Shown: positions 1 through 11,843, counted from the stretch's first letter. The stretch: 64,000 bases of DNA from Deltaproteobacteria bacterium (GCA_023265595.1 JAHFSU010000004.1:1667-65666); one strand, 5' to 3'. Numbers and translations are program-made. The notes: generated from the letters alone by a model not told the origin.

Positions 1-317
1 TGTCCCAGTTTGATGGCCAAACCCATATCCCCCTTCACTTTGAGTTTGCCTCCCAAAAAAGCCATTTGAGGATTCAGAGAGCCATTGGCCAACTTTACAA
101 AATCTTCTTCAGTCATCGTCACCTCCACTTTGGCCCCTTCTTGACTCCCCATCTTCACTTCGGCCGGCTCTTTGCTGCAATCCAAAACCCAATCACTGGT
201 GTTATTGCCGGTGATATGAAAAACGACGAGGGCGCCGATGGCTTTGGCTTTTGCCGGCTCTTTTTTCAACTTATTGGTAATCTTTTCTTCGAAAATCTCT
301 TTTGCCGTTTGATACAT
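1..317 (-). CDS. SCP-2 sterol-carrier-like domain protein (3' end runs off window)
   Basis: Minus-strand ATG at 317..315 preceded by GGAGA. Translation MYQTAKEIFEEKITNKLKKEPAKAKAIGALVVFHITG...MAFLGGKLKVKGDMGLAIKL has the SCP2 'KxKGDxxLAxKL' pattern. Last gene of a three-gene minus-strand operon. Confidence 0.6.
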   Translation of the reverse strand, partial: MYQTAKEIFEEKITNKLKKEPAKAKAIGALVVFHITGNNTSDWVLDCSKEPAEVKMGSQEGAKVEVTMTEEDFVKLANGSLNPQMAFLGGKLKVKGDMGLAIKLG

Positions 318-326
318 AAATGTCTC

Positions 327-578
327 CTAAATAAAAAAATGAACGGTCCATGGAACAAAAAAACCGGCCAATACAGCATGCGAAACGAGCTTCCTCCCCA
401 TGTCCGAAAAGGGGAATTTTCTAAACCACCAGAAATTGAGGGCCCATAAAACAACAAGCATCCCCATCGGATGCCAAGCAATACTTCCCATCACATTTCC
501 GGAAAGGAGCGCAATAATAGAGCGAGTCAGCCCACAGCCGGGACAGGCAAAGCCCAAAAATTGTTCGAAGGCGCACAA
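327..578 (-). CDS. DUF2752 family small membrane protein
   Basis: 83 aa with the CPGCGLTR motif diagnostic of DUF2752, followed by hydrophobic helices. Confidence 0.6.
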   Translation of the reverse strand: MCAFEQFLGFACPGCGLTRSIIALLSGNVMGSIAWHPMGMLVVLWALNFWWFRKFPFSDMGRKLVSHAVLAGFFVPWTVHFFI

Positions 579-607
579 GTCTTCCCCTCTCTCCTACCCT
601 CTGTTGT

Positions 608-994
608 CTATATTCCCGCTCTCTGCGCCGCCATGTCACCCAAGATAGGCAGTTTCCAGCGCTCTCCCTGATACGACTTCACGAGACAGACCACCCAGAG
701 AACAACCACCCCCAACCACACAATGGGAATGACAAAACTTAAAATAAGGGCCCCCAAAAAATCGGCGAGATGCCCCAAAATGATTCCCAAAATATTCAAG
801 ACCACATTCAAAAGAATGATGGCAACTCCAAAAAGGGTCCCCTGCCACGCATGAAAACGGACATCTTTATTCTCCTTCTCGATGAGAAGAAAAATAATGC
901 TCGTAACCGGCGCACAAATATAACACAAAAGACTTGCGATATTCGGCGCTAAACCGCTCCCCTTTGATGCTCCCTGCTGACCTGCTCCTATCAT
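608..994 (-). CDS. DUF4870 (TM2-like) membrane protein
   Basis: 128 aa with several TM helices and the 'DVRFHAWQG' motif typical of DUF4870. Directly upstream of the DUF2752 gene. Confidence 0.6.
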   Translation of the reverse strand: MIGAGQQGASKGSGLAPNIASLLCYICAPVTSIIFLLIEKENKDVRFHAWQGTLFGVAIILLNVVLNILGIILGHLADFLGALILSFVIPIVWLGVVVLWVVCLVKSYQGERWKLPILGDMAAQRAGI

Positions 995-1015
995 AACTCC
1001 CCCTTTCCTTTTAAT

Positions 1016-2788
1016 TTACAAACTGTGTTCTTTATACAAACCGTCCAAAACATTTTTATATTTCTCACAAACTTGCCTTCTTTTTATTTTCAGAGTCGGT
1101 GTCAACTCTCCCGTCTCTATCGAAAAGTTGCGGCTCAATATAACAAATTTCCGAATCGTTTCAAAGTGAGAAAGATGCCCGTTCATCTGGTCTATCTCTT
1201 TTTGAATGAGGGCCACAATTTGGGGATTTTGGGCCAAATCATCATGATTTTGATAATCGATTGCTTCTTCTCTCGCAAAATCCTCTACGGCATGCCAATT
1301 CAAAGTGACAAGACCCGACAAAAACTTTTTTCCCTCTCCATAGACCATGAACTGTTGGATATACCGGCTCTGTTGCATCAAATTTTCAATATTTTGCGGG
1401 GCCACCATTTTACCGCCTGATGTTTTAATGATATCCCGTTTTCGATCGGTGATTCTCAAAAAGCCATCTTTGGTAAACTCGCCGATATCTCCGGTCAAAA
1501 ACCATCCCTCTTTGTCAAAGGCCGCTTCGGTCTCCTCTTTTAAATGCCAATAACCCGAGAAGATAGTATCTCCTTTTGCGCAAATTTCGCCGTCGGGGGC
1601 CATTTTAATACGAACCCCTTCCAATGGCTTGCCGACCGTGCCAAACCGAAAATCATCAAGGCGGTTGAGCGTAATGGCCGCAAAGGTCTCGGTTAAACCG
1701 TAACCTTCGATGACCAAAATGCCGACCGCATTCAAAAACTGGGCAATCTCTTTTTGGAGCGGGGCTCCGCCGGAGATGAAACACTGTATCTTTCCCCCAA
1801 AGGCCTTTCGGATTTTGCGATAAACGAAGAGATTACCGACCGATTGCGCCAGACGTAGCCCAAAACCGACCGGCATTTTTTTCTGGGACAATTCCGTTGC
1901 ACGGAGTCCGACATCGAGGCTCCACGAAAAAAGTTTTTGGAGCATCGGCGAGACCCTGTTCGTCTTTGTCAAAATAGTTTCATGCATTTTCTCAAACAGA
2001 CGCGGAACCCCCGCCATGAAGGAGGGCCGGATTTCACGCATATCAACGGACAACATGTCGAGACTTTCGGCATAAGCCGACTGGCAACCCTGCGCCAATT
2101 GATAAAACTGCATCGCACGCGCAATCACATGGGCCAGCGGAAGACACATAAGGCCCACATCATCAAAACCAAATTTAAAAACGGCCTGCAGCGCGTTCAT
2201 TTCGGCCAAAATATTTCTATGGGTAATGATCGCCCCTTTTGGAGGGCCGGTGGTGCCGGAGGTATAGACAATGGTTGCGGTATGCGAAGGCTGAATCTGT
2301 TTCAAATTCTCATCATACAGATTGACCGGAAGACCTTTCCCTTTTTGCGGCAGATGCTCAAGCGGCAGTAAACCCTCTTGACTCCCATCCATCAGGATTA
2401 CCGCGCCACTGAAATTTTTGAGATGCGGGGCAACCCGATTCCATTTCGTCACATTTTCAACAATCAACAACCGAGTATCGGAATCGTTGATGATGTAGGC
2501 AATCTGATCGGCCGCCAAGGTTGCATAGACCGGAACGGTTATCGCCTGATTCGCAAGAATGGCCAAATCAAGAAGGGTCCATTCCAACCGCGTTTTTGAC
2601 AAGAGGGCCACTTTGTCCCCCAGCTTGATCCCCATTCCTGCCAAACCGAGCGCATAACGACGGACCTGTTCTTCGGCATCGACCCAGCTTACCTGTTGCC
2701 AACGACCGCCTGATTTAAAATGAAAACAGGGTTTGTTGCCAAATTTCAAGGCATTGCGGCGAAAAACGGTGAGAATCGATTCAGCCAT
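1016..2788 (-). CDS. long-chain fatty acid--CoA ligase (AMP-dependent synthetase/ligase)
   Basis: 590 aa with the AMP-binding signature YTSGTTGPPKG and a C-terminal 'GEL(T)PTLKIKRR' acyl-CoA synthetase motif. Confidence 0.85.
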   Translation of the reverse strand: MAESILTVFRRNALKFGNKPCFHFKSGGRWQQVSWVDAEEQVRRYALGLAGMGIKLGDKVALLSKTRLEWTLLDLAILANQAITVPVYATLAADQIAYIINDSDTRLLIVENVTKWNRVAPHLKNFSGAVILMDGSQEGLLPLEHLPQKGKGLPVNLYDENLKQIQPSHTATIVYTSGTTGPPKGAIITHRNILAEMNALQAVFKFGFDDVGLMCLPLAHVIARAMQFYQLAQGCQSAYAESLDMLSVDMREIRPSFMAGVPRLFEKMHETILTKTNRVSPMLQKLFSWSLDVGLRATELSQKKMPVGFGLRLAQSVGNLFVYRKIRKAFGGKIQCFISGGAPLQKEIAQFLNAVGILVIEGYGLTETFAAITLNRLDDFRFGTVGKPLEGVRIKMAPDGEICAKGDTIFSGYWHLKEETEAAFDKEGWFLTGDIGEFTKDGFLRITDRKRDIIKTSGGKMVAPQNIENLMQQSRYIQQFMVYGEGKKFLSGLVTLNWHAVEDFAREEAIDYQNHDDLAQNPQIVALIQKEIDQMNGHLSHFETIRKFVILSRNFSIETGELTPTLKIKRRQVCEKYKNVLDGLYKEHSL

Positions 2789-2833
2789 AAACTGTTGGAA
2801 TATATTGAGTTGAAAGAGAGATGTCTAGGATTA

Positions 2834-2858
2834 TCACGAGGTATCCGGTTCCTTGTGA
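2834..2858. repeat. REP-like hairpin repeat, family 1 (TCACGAGGTATCCGGTTCCTYGTGA)
   Basis: Imperfect palindrome tcacgagg-tatccggt-tccttgtga at a gene 3' end. The same unit recurs at 6.34, 18.74 and 40.37 kb. Confidence 0.6.
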
Positions 2859-3965
2859 TTACTGGGTGAGATTTCCTTTGAAGCGGACAAGGATCTGAAC
2901 GCCGCCAAAAAAATCATCAAAAATCGGATTCCCCGATGGATTTTGCGACAACGTTTTATCGATCATCAACGTAATTTTTCCGTCGGTCAGCGGTTCTTCC
3001 GTGGTCATCGATAATTTATCGATCGTAAAATCGACCACCGGCGCAATACCAAGGGCATCTTCCGGCCCGATTTCACCAATCACAACCTGAATGCGGAAAG
3101 CCAAATCCTGCATCTCAATCTGACTGCCGTCAAAAGTTCCCGATGCCTGAACCCCTTCCACCCCCCGAATAACAATCGAGACGGCGCCGATCGGTTGTCC
3201 TTCGAGCGGCTCACCCGGCCCGTTCCCTTTCAAGACAAAAACGATAGGCGGGAGATCCGTCATATCGAGTTTAATCCCGTCGGAAATGGAAAAACGGATC
3301 GGCCCGGCAAGGGGTGTTTGTTGCGGACCCGTTGTAAATATTTTCGGTATGTCGATTGAAAAATCCCCGGTGAAACAAGCGGTCTCTCCTCCCGGCTGAC
3401 AATCCGATGCGCCTGATTCCGGAAGAGAAATTTCACCGTTGGGGCCCGGCACGGCCTCCCCCACTAATTCAATTTGAGAAATTCCACTCTGCGGCGATTC
3501 ATAGACAGCGAGTAAAACCACACGATGAGTCGCTTCAGAATGATCGGGTGGCGGCGGTTCTTCCCCCGGTTTATAGGGATTAAAGCGGGGTTCCTCGCCG
3601 GTTACCCATCCCCCAAAACTGGCTTGTGTTGTATCCAAATTACGTGGTTTGTAGGTGATCTGGATGTTCAGAGAACTTCCCGGAGGGACAATAATATTTT
3701 TGGTCCCGACGGTACGGGTACCCACCATCACTTTGTCGATGCTAAAATGGACTCTGCCATCCGAGGAACCATCAAAACCGACACCTAAAAGTTTTTCGAC
3801 ATCCTGACTGTTGTTATTCCGCAACGAAATAGTTTTGGTTTGCGATTCGGTAATCGGTGTCTTGTCAAATTTTTCTTGTTGCCACGCGGTAAAGTTCGCC
3901 GGCTGGCATCCCCATTGGAACGATGCCAAAAAGAGAAAAATGGCTGGAGTAATGATCTTTTTCAT
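2859..3965 (-). CDS. secreted hypothetical protein (signal peptide, Gly/Pro-rich)
   Basis: N-terminus MKKIITPAIFLFLASFQWGC looks like a signal peptide. No recognisable catalytic motif. Confidence 0.5.
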   Translation of the reverse strand: MKKIITPAIFLFLASFQWGCQPANFTAWQQEKFDKTPITESQTKTISLRNNNSQDVEKLLGVGFDGSSDGRVHFSIDKVMVGTRTVGTKNIIVPPGSSLNIQITYKPRNLDTTQASFGGWVTGEEPRFNPYKPGEEPPPPDHSEATHRVVLLAVYESPQSGISQIELVGEAVPGPNGEISLPESGASDCQPGGETACFTGDFSIDIPKIFTTGPQQTPLAGPIRFSISDGIKLDMTDLPPIVFVLKGNGPGEPLEGQPIGAVSIVIRGVEGVQASGTFDGSQIEMQDLAFRIQVVIGEIGPEDALGIAPVVDFTIDKLSMTTEEPLTDGKITLMIDKTLSQNPSGNPIFDDFFGGVQILVRFKGNLTQ

Positions 3966-4035
3966 GGCCGAAATACTCTTCGGCCAAACTGCAAAAAAGT
4001 TGTGTGGTCAAGACGCGGCGAGATGACGAGGTGCG

Positions 4036-4845
4036 TTAACGACCGGCTTTGAAGCCGATCCAGTCCTCAAACGCATCGTAAAAAGTAAAGCCGACGCGAG
4101 GATTTGAGCCATATCTTAAAATGGGGCTCTGCACCAGATCTAACATAAATTTCTGGTCCCACGTTCCGTAGAGGCCGTTGCTGGCGCAAACTCTCCCTGC
4201 AAACCGTCTATAAATACCGTAACCTGTGCAGGCGCTCAATTGATTATAGAGGTTGGCCACTTCGGCATCATTCCAATTCATGGAATAAGAACAATAAAGA
4301 TAGTGAGCACTCTGAACCGGAAGTGCTTTCATATTGATTTCAGCAACATTTCCATCGGAGCAGGTCAGTTGATAAACAAAATGAACCTCTTGGGGGCATG
4401 GATCGAGTACCGCCCCTTTGGTTAACGTGAATGAAAAAACAAAATTTTTCATCTGTTCCACACTATCATTCAAATGCAATTTTCCATCACCCACTTTTTC
4501 CGGAAGATCCGGATCGATTTTTCTCCCCCCTGTGCTGAGATAATATCGGTTGTTCCCATCCAATATTTCAATCTCAAGAAAAGAACTCATCGACATAATC
4601 GGACTGCCGCGTCGAAAGGGACAAAATTCTTCGACTCGATCATTCCAATAATCTTGTGCCACATCAGGGGATAATGGCGGACGCTGTTGGCGTGGTAAAG
4701 AATTTGCTCCCGATGGCAATGAAGAGGCGGGTAACGATTGTGGCTGGCCGGAGCTACTACGAGAGGGGTTGGAACCGGTACCTCCCTTTAAAGAAAAGCC
4801 GACCACTAAGATCAAAACTGTCACGACATATAATATTTTCTTCAT
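4036..4845 (-). CDS. secreted hypothetical protein
   Basis: Start re-assigned to MKKILYVVTVLILVVGF (ATG at 4845), which has AAGGAGGAG 5 nt upstream. Signal peptide followed by an S/P-rich linker. Confidence 0.5.
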   Translation of the reverse strand: MKKILYVVTVLILVVGFSLKGGTGSNPSRSSSGQPQSLPASSLPSGANSLPRQQRPPLSPDVAQDYWNDRVEEFCPFRRGSPIMSMSSFLEIEILDGNNRYYLSTGGRKIDPDLPEKVGDGKLHLNDSVEQMKNFVFSFTLTKGAVLDPCPQEVHFVYQLTCSDGNVAEINMKALPVQSAHYLYCSYSMNWNDAEVANLYNQLSACTGYGIYRRFAGRVCASNGLYGTWDQKFMLDLVQSPILRYGSNPRVGFTFYDAFEDWIGFKAGR

Positions 4846-5010
4846 ATCTCCTCCTTCTTGCCCTGAAACCTGCAAGCCAAAGGCCAAAAAAAAACCAGAC
4901 GGAGTAAAATAAAATATTTATATTTTCCATATAGTTAAGAAAATGATTCGAAAAAATTTTATCAAAATGAAAAAAGGAGTTAGGATGGCGTCAGAATAAT
5001 GACATGGGTA

Positions 5011-5625
5011 TCACGCTTCCAATTCGGCATTCCAATAACTGAAATCGACGATATTGAGATACGGTTTCCATGCGGCGTAAATATTGGGTCTGGCCAAGAG
5101 AAGGGAAAAAGGAAAAGCACTGGGGCGGTAAGGCGGCTTGATCAATTTCAATCCGGCCTCGTGCGGCGTCCTTCCCCCTTTATGACAATTACAATGATGG
5201 CAACTGGCCACCACATTATCCCATGTCGTCTTTCCCCCGTGTGAGCGAGGGATCACATGATCCAAATTGAGCTGGCCTCTCGCCAATTTCTTTCCGCAAT
5301 ATTGGCAGGTGTAATTATCTCGAATTAAAATATTCAAGCGTGAAAAGCGGATCTCTCGTTTGGGAAGGCGATCGTAGGCAGTCAGCAAAATAACTCGCGG
5401 CACCACAACCAGCTTGTCGACCAAACCGACGGTATCATCATGAACGGCGGCCGATAATTCGGCCCAACTCTCAAAATCAAAAGTCCGATATTGATGGTCA
5501 ACCGCCTTGGCGATACCTCGATACAAAAGACAAAAGGCACGTTTTACAGATGTGACATGGACCGGAAAATAAGATCGATTTAAAACTAACACTGCGGTAT
5601 GCAGCATATGGGAATAGTATAACAA
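5011..5625 (-). CDS. HNH endonuclease
   Basis: HNH motif LDHVIPRSHGGKTTWDNVVASCHHCNCHKG. Start overlaps the stop of the upstream GntR gene. Confidence 0.7.
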   Translation of the reverse strand: MLYYSHMLHTAVLVLNRSYFPVHVTSVKRAFCLLYRGIAKAVDHQYRTFDFESWAELSAAVHDDTVGLVDKLVVVPRVILLTAYDRLPKREIRFSRLNILIRDNYTCQYCGKKLARGQLNLDHVIPRSHGGKTTWDNVVASCHHCNCHKGGRTPHEAGLKLIKPPYRPSAFPFSLLLARPNIYAAWKPYLNIVDFSYWNAELEA

Positions 5626-5627
5626 TA

Positions 5628-6335
5628 TTACTGCATTTCGCCAAGGATTTCGCTGATGATCACCTCTTTGCCGAAAATCGCATTTTCGGCGACAAGACGG
5701 GCTGCCTTGTCAGGATTTTTACTCCGAAAAGCCTCAATAATTTCACGATGCTGCGCAATGGATCCTTCGCTTTTACCGGCGATCGTCAACAAAATGCGAA
5801 ATCTCTGAAATTTGCTCGCAAGCATCTGCAGCAAATGATGCAATTGTTCGTTGCCGCCAGCCCGGATGAAGACCTCATGAAATTCGTTGTGGAGATTAAA
5901 AACCTTTTTGTAATCTTTTTCACGATGAAATGTCTCCATCTGATTATTCAGAAACTCCATCCGATCTATCTCCTTTTCAGTCAATCGGGACGTGGCCAAG
6001 CGGGCGGCGTAACTTTCCAATTCGGCCTTGATTTCATAAAACTCCCGGACATCTTTTTCGGATAACGGCGCCACCCGTGCGCCACGACGAGGGAGAACCT
6101 GCAAAAAGCCTTCCGAATCGAGCTGGCGAAAGGCCTCGCGGACCGGTGTGCGGGAAATACCGAACTGGCTGGCCAATGCCGGTTCCGAAATTTTGACACC
6201 CGGCTTCAACTGGCCTTGCATAATTGAATCTCTCAACGCATCCGCAATGGATTCCCGTAACGTCCTATTTTTATTGAGTTTCATTGATAGCTGCATCTGT
6301 ATACAGTTTTTATACAGAGGATAAAAACCTGTCAA
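5628..6335 (-). CDS. GntR family transcriptional regulator (FCD-type)
   Basis: N-terminal wHTH ...ISEPALASQFGISRTPVREAFRQLDSEGFL..., then a helical C-terminal domain. Confidence 0.8.
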   Translation of the reverse strand: MTGFYPLYKNCIQMQLSMKLNKNRTLRESIADALRDSIMQGQLKPGVKISEPALASQFGISRTPVREAFRQLDSEGFLQVLPRRGARVAPLSEKDVREFYEIKAELESYAARLATSRLTEKEIDRMEFLNNQMETFHREKDYKKVFNLHNEFHEVFIRAGGNEQLHHLLQMLASKFQRFRILLTIAGKSEGSIAQHREIIEAFRSKNPDKAARLVAENAIFGKEVIISEILGEMQ

Positions 6336-6360
6336 GCACTCACACGAGGAACCAGATACC

Positions 6361-8081
<1,721 letters not shown>

Positions 8082-8148
8082 TTACCGCCTATATCTTTTT
8101 TCCCCTTTTCAAGCAACTTCTTTTGAGGTTTGCCGAAGAGGAGAATGG

Positions 8149-9300
8149 ATGACAGAGACTCTAGGAATCATTGGCAGTTCCATGCTGTTTCACGGGCTTT
8201 TTCCCATTATTTGGAAAGCGCTCCCGGACCAGCTTGTTATTTCTAAAAACGAAATTATAGATGCCGGAACCGTTGCGAAAGAAATAGGCCGCCATCTCCA
8301 CACCTCTCTTCTTCGGGACCATTGGATCGATTTTTCTTCCTGTCTTCTGAAACAACCTCAAGATCGACAAAAATCGGAACTCGACTCTTTGACGCGGCTG
8401 GCGCACCTGTTTAATGAGACGCCGCAGGATGAATTATCCGAGGCGGTCGAAAGGACAGCAAAACATTTTCAGAAATCGGGTATTTTATTTCTTAATGCCC
8501 CGGCGTTGGCCCGCGAGATCCATCGTCTGACCCTCTCTTTTCAGGGACAAACGCCGCCGCCGCCGACAACGCCAAATCCATGTATTGCAAAAGCGGTGGG
8601 TGTATTGATGCGCGCCACCGATGCAGCGCAAACAAAAGAGGAAAAAGAGGCCCTCAATTGGTGGATGGAATACCCACTCCGTGGAAAAACAGGCATGGAG
8701 GCCATTAGAGAGGCAAAGGCGGATTCTGGAAAAGCGACAAAACTCCGTCCGCTTCTTGAAAAATTCCCCGGCATTTTTGAGGTCGAAGAACTGGAATCTA
8801 TCTTGAATACGGCCTCATCCCAAGGAGATATCATGCAGGGTTTGGCTCATTTGATGATCGACCGGTGGGATTTTTTTGAAGCAAGACACCTTGACCGGAT
8901 CTTCATCCTCGCGGGACAACATCCCGGCATTGCCATCGCTTTGGCTTATCTTGCGTATCGAAGAGCCGAAATTTTTTCAGCATCGCATGTGCCGGCGCTC
9001 TTAAAAAAAACGGGGTTCGCATCGGTCCATCTCACCTTTCGATGGCCGCTTCAATGCATCCAATTTCCAAATATCTTGCACAAAATAATCAATCGAAGCG
9101 CTGTTTTTCGCGCCGTCGATTTGTTCAGACAACCGGCTTTCGGCATTGGATGGACTCTGTATGTGCTGGCGGAACGGCGCTCTGGAATTTTCGAAAAGAA
9201 TATGATTTGCCAACTCCACACAACCGGCAATCACAATGCACTGGTCCGATATGCTGTTGATGTGCTCCTCAAGAGCAACCCCTCATTGGCAAAGGCATAG
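8149..9300 (+). CDS. hypothetical protein
   Basis: Start trimmed to MTETLG (ATG 8149, AGGAGA 5 nt upstream) because the longer ORF overlaps eno. No recognised domain. Confidence 0.5.
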   Translation: MTETLGIIGSSMLFHGLFPIIWKALPDQLVISKNEIIDAGTVAKEIGRHLHTSLLRDHWIDFSSCLLKQPQDRQKSELDSLTRLAHLFNETPQDELSEAVERTAKHFQKSGILFLNAPALAREIHRLTLSFQGQTPPPPTTPNPCIAKAVGVLMRATDAAQTKEEKEALNWWMEYPLRGKTGMEAIREAKADSGKATKLRPLLEKFPGIFEVEELESILNTASSQGDIMQGLAHLMIDRWDFFEARHLDRIFILAGQHPGIAIALAYLAYRRAEIFSASHVPALLKKTGFASVHLTFRWPLQCIQFPNILHKIINRSAVFRAVDLFRQPAFGIGWTLYVLAERRSGIFEKNMICQLHTTGNHNALVRYAVDVLLKSNPSLAKA

Positions 9301-10215
9301 AAAGTGATCGACGGCAGAAACAGCAGCATCAAAAATATTTTTTAAACTCTCTTCCCCCCGGACCCAAAAAATGGACGGATCGGACCGAAACCATGTCCCC
9401 TGTCGTTTGGCAAATGCTTTTGTCTGTTTTTTGATTTCGGCCGTTGCCTCTGAAAGAGAGAGTTCTCCTTTCAAATGCGTTGCAATTGTTTTGTATCCCA
9501 ATGTTCTAAAGGCCTGCGAACCGGTCGAATAAAATTTCAACAATTCACGGACCTCTTCGACCCAGCCGTTGTAAAGCATCCAGTCGGTCCTTTTTTCGAT
9601 CCGCTCGTGCAAAACTTTTTTGTCGCAGCAAAGGCCGATTTGGAGCACCTCATAACGCGGATTTTGGAATTGATGTTTTTCCTGAAAAGTGGAAAGCGGA
9701 ATTCCCGTTATTTCATAAACTTCAAGGCCGCGGACGATGCGCGTGGTATCTTTAGGATTCAGTTTTTTGGCCAATGGGGGATCTCGGTTTTGAAGTTCTT
9801 CATGGAGTCTGTTTAAACCCTCGGTCTGAATTCGGGCTTCCAGTTCTTTTCTGATCTGCAGATCTTGAGGCGGCGCTTCACATAATCCGCGGAACAAAAC
9901 ACGAAGATACATGCCGGTGCCGCCGACGACGAACGGCACTTTGCCTCGACCAATGATGTCATCAATGGCTTTGTCCGCCAGAGCACAATATTGAGAGACA
10001 TCAAAATGTTCGCCCGGAGTGACGACATCAATCAGATGATGGGGAACACGCCGTCGCTCTTCAAAAGTCGGCTTCGCCGTCCCCAAATCGAGTTCACGCC
10101 AGACCTGCCCCGAATCGGCTGAAATAATTTCGCCATTATATTTTTGGGCCAACTCGATCGCCAGCTTTGTCTTGCCGCTGGCCGTCGGGCCACAAATGAC
10201 AACAATTTTTTTCAT
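9283..10215 (-). CDS. miaA: tRNA dimethylallyltransferase
   Basis: P-loop at the N-terminus, MKKIVVICGPTASGKTKLAIELA, and the typical MiaA length of 310 aa. Confidence 0.9.
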   Translation of the reverse strand: MKKIVVICGPTASGKTKLAIELAQKYNGEIISADSGQVWRELDLGTAKPTFEERRRVPHHLIDVVTPGEHFDVSQYCALADKAIDDIIGRGKVPFVVGGTGMYLRVLFRGLCEAPPQDLQIRKELEARIQTEGLNRLHEELQNRDPPLAKKLNPKDTTRIVRGLEVYEITGIPLSTFQEKHQFQNPRYEVLQIGLCCDKKVLHERIEKRTDWMLYNGWVEEVRELLKFYSTGSQAFRTLGYKTIATHLKGELSLSEATAEIKKQTKAFAKRQGTWFRSDPSIFWVRGEESLKNIFDAAVSAVDHFLCLCQ

Positions 10216-10220
10216 CGGAA

Positions 10221-10544
10221 TTGCACTTGTCTAAAGTTTTTATTTATTTCATACATACAAGCGTAATGAAAAAAACGCTTCAAAAAACCACCGAATGGTT
10301 CAGAAAGACCACGCCGCCTGAAATAGTACAAGAAGTTTGTTCAAGCCGCGATATTTTTCAGGGACGGCTGGATCATATGCTGAGGAAACTAAGTCAAAAA
10401 ACAAAAAAGGAGACAGAATCTGCTTTATTTACCGCCGTCATTGGAGAACTCGGCAATAACTGTTTTGATCATAATCTAGGCCAATGGAAAGATATTTCCG
10501 GTTGTCAGTTTCAATATGGATGCGATGCCGAAAATATATGGTAA
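10221..10544 (+). pseudogene. possible truncated GHKL/HATPase_c-type ATPase (N-box only)
   Basis: The 107-aa ORF has an N-box-like VIGELGNNCFDHN (E-L-x-x-N-x-x-x-H) but ends ~25 aa later, without G1 or G2 boxes. The 100 bp downstream is occupied by hairpin repeats. Confidence 0.25.
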
Positions 10545-10586
10545 AGAGACTTTTGCTTTTGTATTATGGGAGCGTTGAAAAATGTC

Positions 10587-10655
10587 ACTCCTGCGAAAGC
10601 AGGAGTCCAGAAGTCATTGAAATTACTGGATCCCCGCTTTCGCGGGGATGACAAA
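10587..10655. repeat. hairpin repeats, family 2 (CTGGATYCCCGCTTTCGCGGGRATGACAA) plus a GAAA-loop hairpin
   Basis: ctcctgcGAAAgcaggag (10589-10606) and ctggatccccgcTTTCgcggggatgacaa (10627-10655). A near-identical copy is at 53411-53439. Confidence 0.55.
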
Positions 10656-10959
10656 AAAACCATTTTTCAACACTCCCATTATTCCGATATTAGAAATGAA
10701 AATAGAACTTAAAAAATTTGGAGACCTCTTGGTATCAAGGCCCGCAGGCAGGGAGGCCTTTTTGACTATAAAATCCTATTTCAAACCCTCTTCTCCTTCG
10801 GAGAACATCGAACTCGATTTCACGGGAGTAAAAGTCATGACCCCTTCTTGGTTGGGAGAAGTATTGGATGGGTTAAAAGAAGAGTTCGGCGAACGAGTCC
10901 GCTGTCTCCCCTCCGAAAATCCTACGGTAGTGGAATCGTTAAAAGCGCTGGAAGAATAA
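10648..10959 (+). CDS. DUF4325 / STAS-like domain protein
   Basis: About 100 aa, ...LDFTGVKVMTPSWLGEVLDGLKEEFGERV..., resembling STAS-like DUF4325 proteins that usually partner a GHKL ATPase. The true start may be MKIELKK at 10696. Confidence 0.55.
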   Translation: MTKKPFFNTPIIPILEMKIELKKFGDLLVSRPAGREAFLTIKSYFKPSSPSENIELDFTGVKVMTPSWLGEVLDGLKEEFGERVRCLPSENPTVVESLKALEE

Positions 10960-10964
10960 AAAAA

Positions 10965-11810
10965 TTATTGGTGTGTGTTGGTCAAGGCTGGCATGTTAGC
11001 GACTTGGCCATCCCATGCGGGGGGTAGATTCTCATTGCCTAAAACGCGGCCAGACCAGATGTTGCGCTCTACCAAAACTTCAAAATAATCCCCTTCTCTA
11101 TCCACGCCCAAAAGGACACGGGTCCCTTGATAACCCCCCAACCCTCTCACCGACTGTGTCTCTTTGTCGATCAATCCGTCAACGGTTTCATTAAAACTCC
11201 AATCAGAAATAAAATAGTCTCCGATTCTGACAATCCTGTCTCCCGGAACAATGCCCACTGCGGCGGCGCCCCCATAAGGATGCACGCCAGTGACTTGAAG
11301 ATGCGGCCACCATGGATCGAGAGAAGGGAAAGGAGCCAAATTAATTCCGGTAACAAACGGTTCTTCCAATGTTCCATTTAAGATGCCAACGGCCCTCAAA
11401 CCCATTTCAATAATGGAGGCTTTGGTTGTCTTAAAAATGTCGGAATCCCCTGTCCATGGAGAAAAAAAATGGAGTCTGTCTAATAGTTCCGTTTCAACTT
11501 TTTTAGCCTCGTCCAAAAGAGAAATCTTTTTTTGCTCATCTCCGGGTCTCTGTTGCGCAATGATCGCCCGAAACAACCAACGCGCTTCAAGTACCCAAAA
11601 TCCCATTTTCACTTGTCGGCAGGCTCGTTCGAGACTTCTTTCATTTTGATCAATTGGGGGGAAGTCTTCAGGCCGATACAAAATGGCCTTCATATCCTCA
11701 ACACCGATCGCTCCATCCCCTTCAATATCATAACCGCGGGCCCACGGTTTGTTGGTGAGGTCAAGACATTGATAGCCGGCAAAGTAAGGATTGACTGATG
11801 GTTTAGACAT
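10965..11810 (-). CDS. hypothetical protein with PDZ-like segment
   Basis: Contains GIVPGDRIVRIGDY, a PDZ-like G-I-x-x-GD-x-I-x-x-I motif. No other motif found. Confidence 0.45.
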   Translation of the reverse strand: MSKPSVNPYFAGYQCLDLTNKPWARGYDIEGDGAIGVEDMKAILYRPEDFPPIDQNERSLERACRQVKMGFWVLEARWLFRAIIAQQRPGDEQKKISLLDEAKKVETELLDRLHFFSPWTGDSDIFKTTKASIIEMGLRAVGILNGTLEEPFVTGINLAPFPSLDPWWPHLQVTGVHPYGGAAAVGIVPGDRIVRIGDYFISDWSFNETVDGLIDKETQSVRGLGGYQGTRVLLGVDREGDYFEVLVERNIWSGRVLGNENLPPAWDGQVANMPALTNTHQ

Positions 11811-11843
11811 ATTTTCCGGGAGTAATACAGGCAGGAGGGTCTG

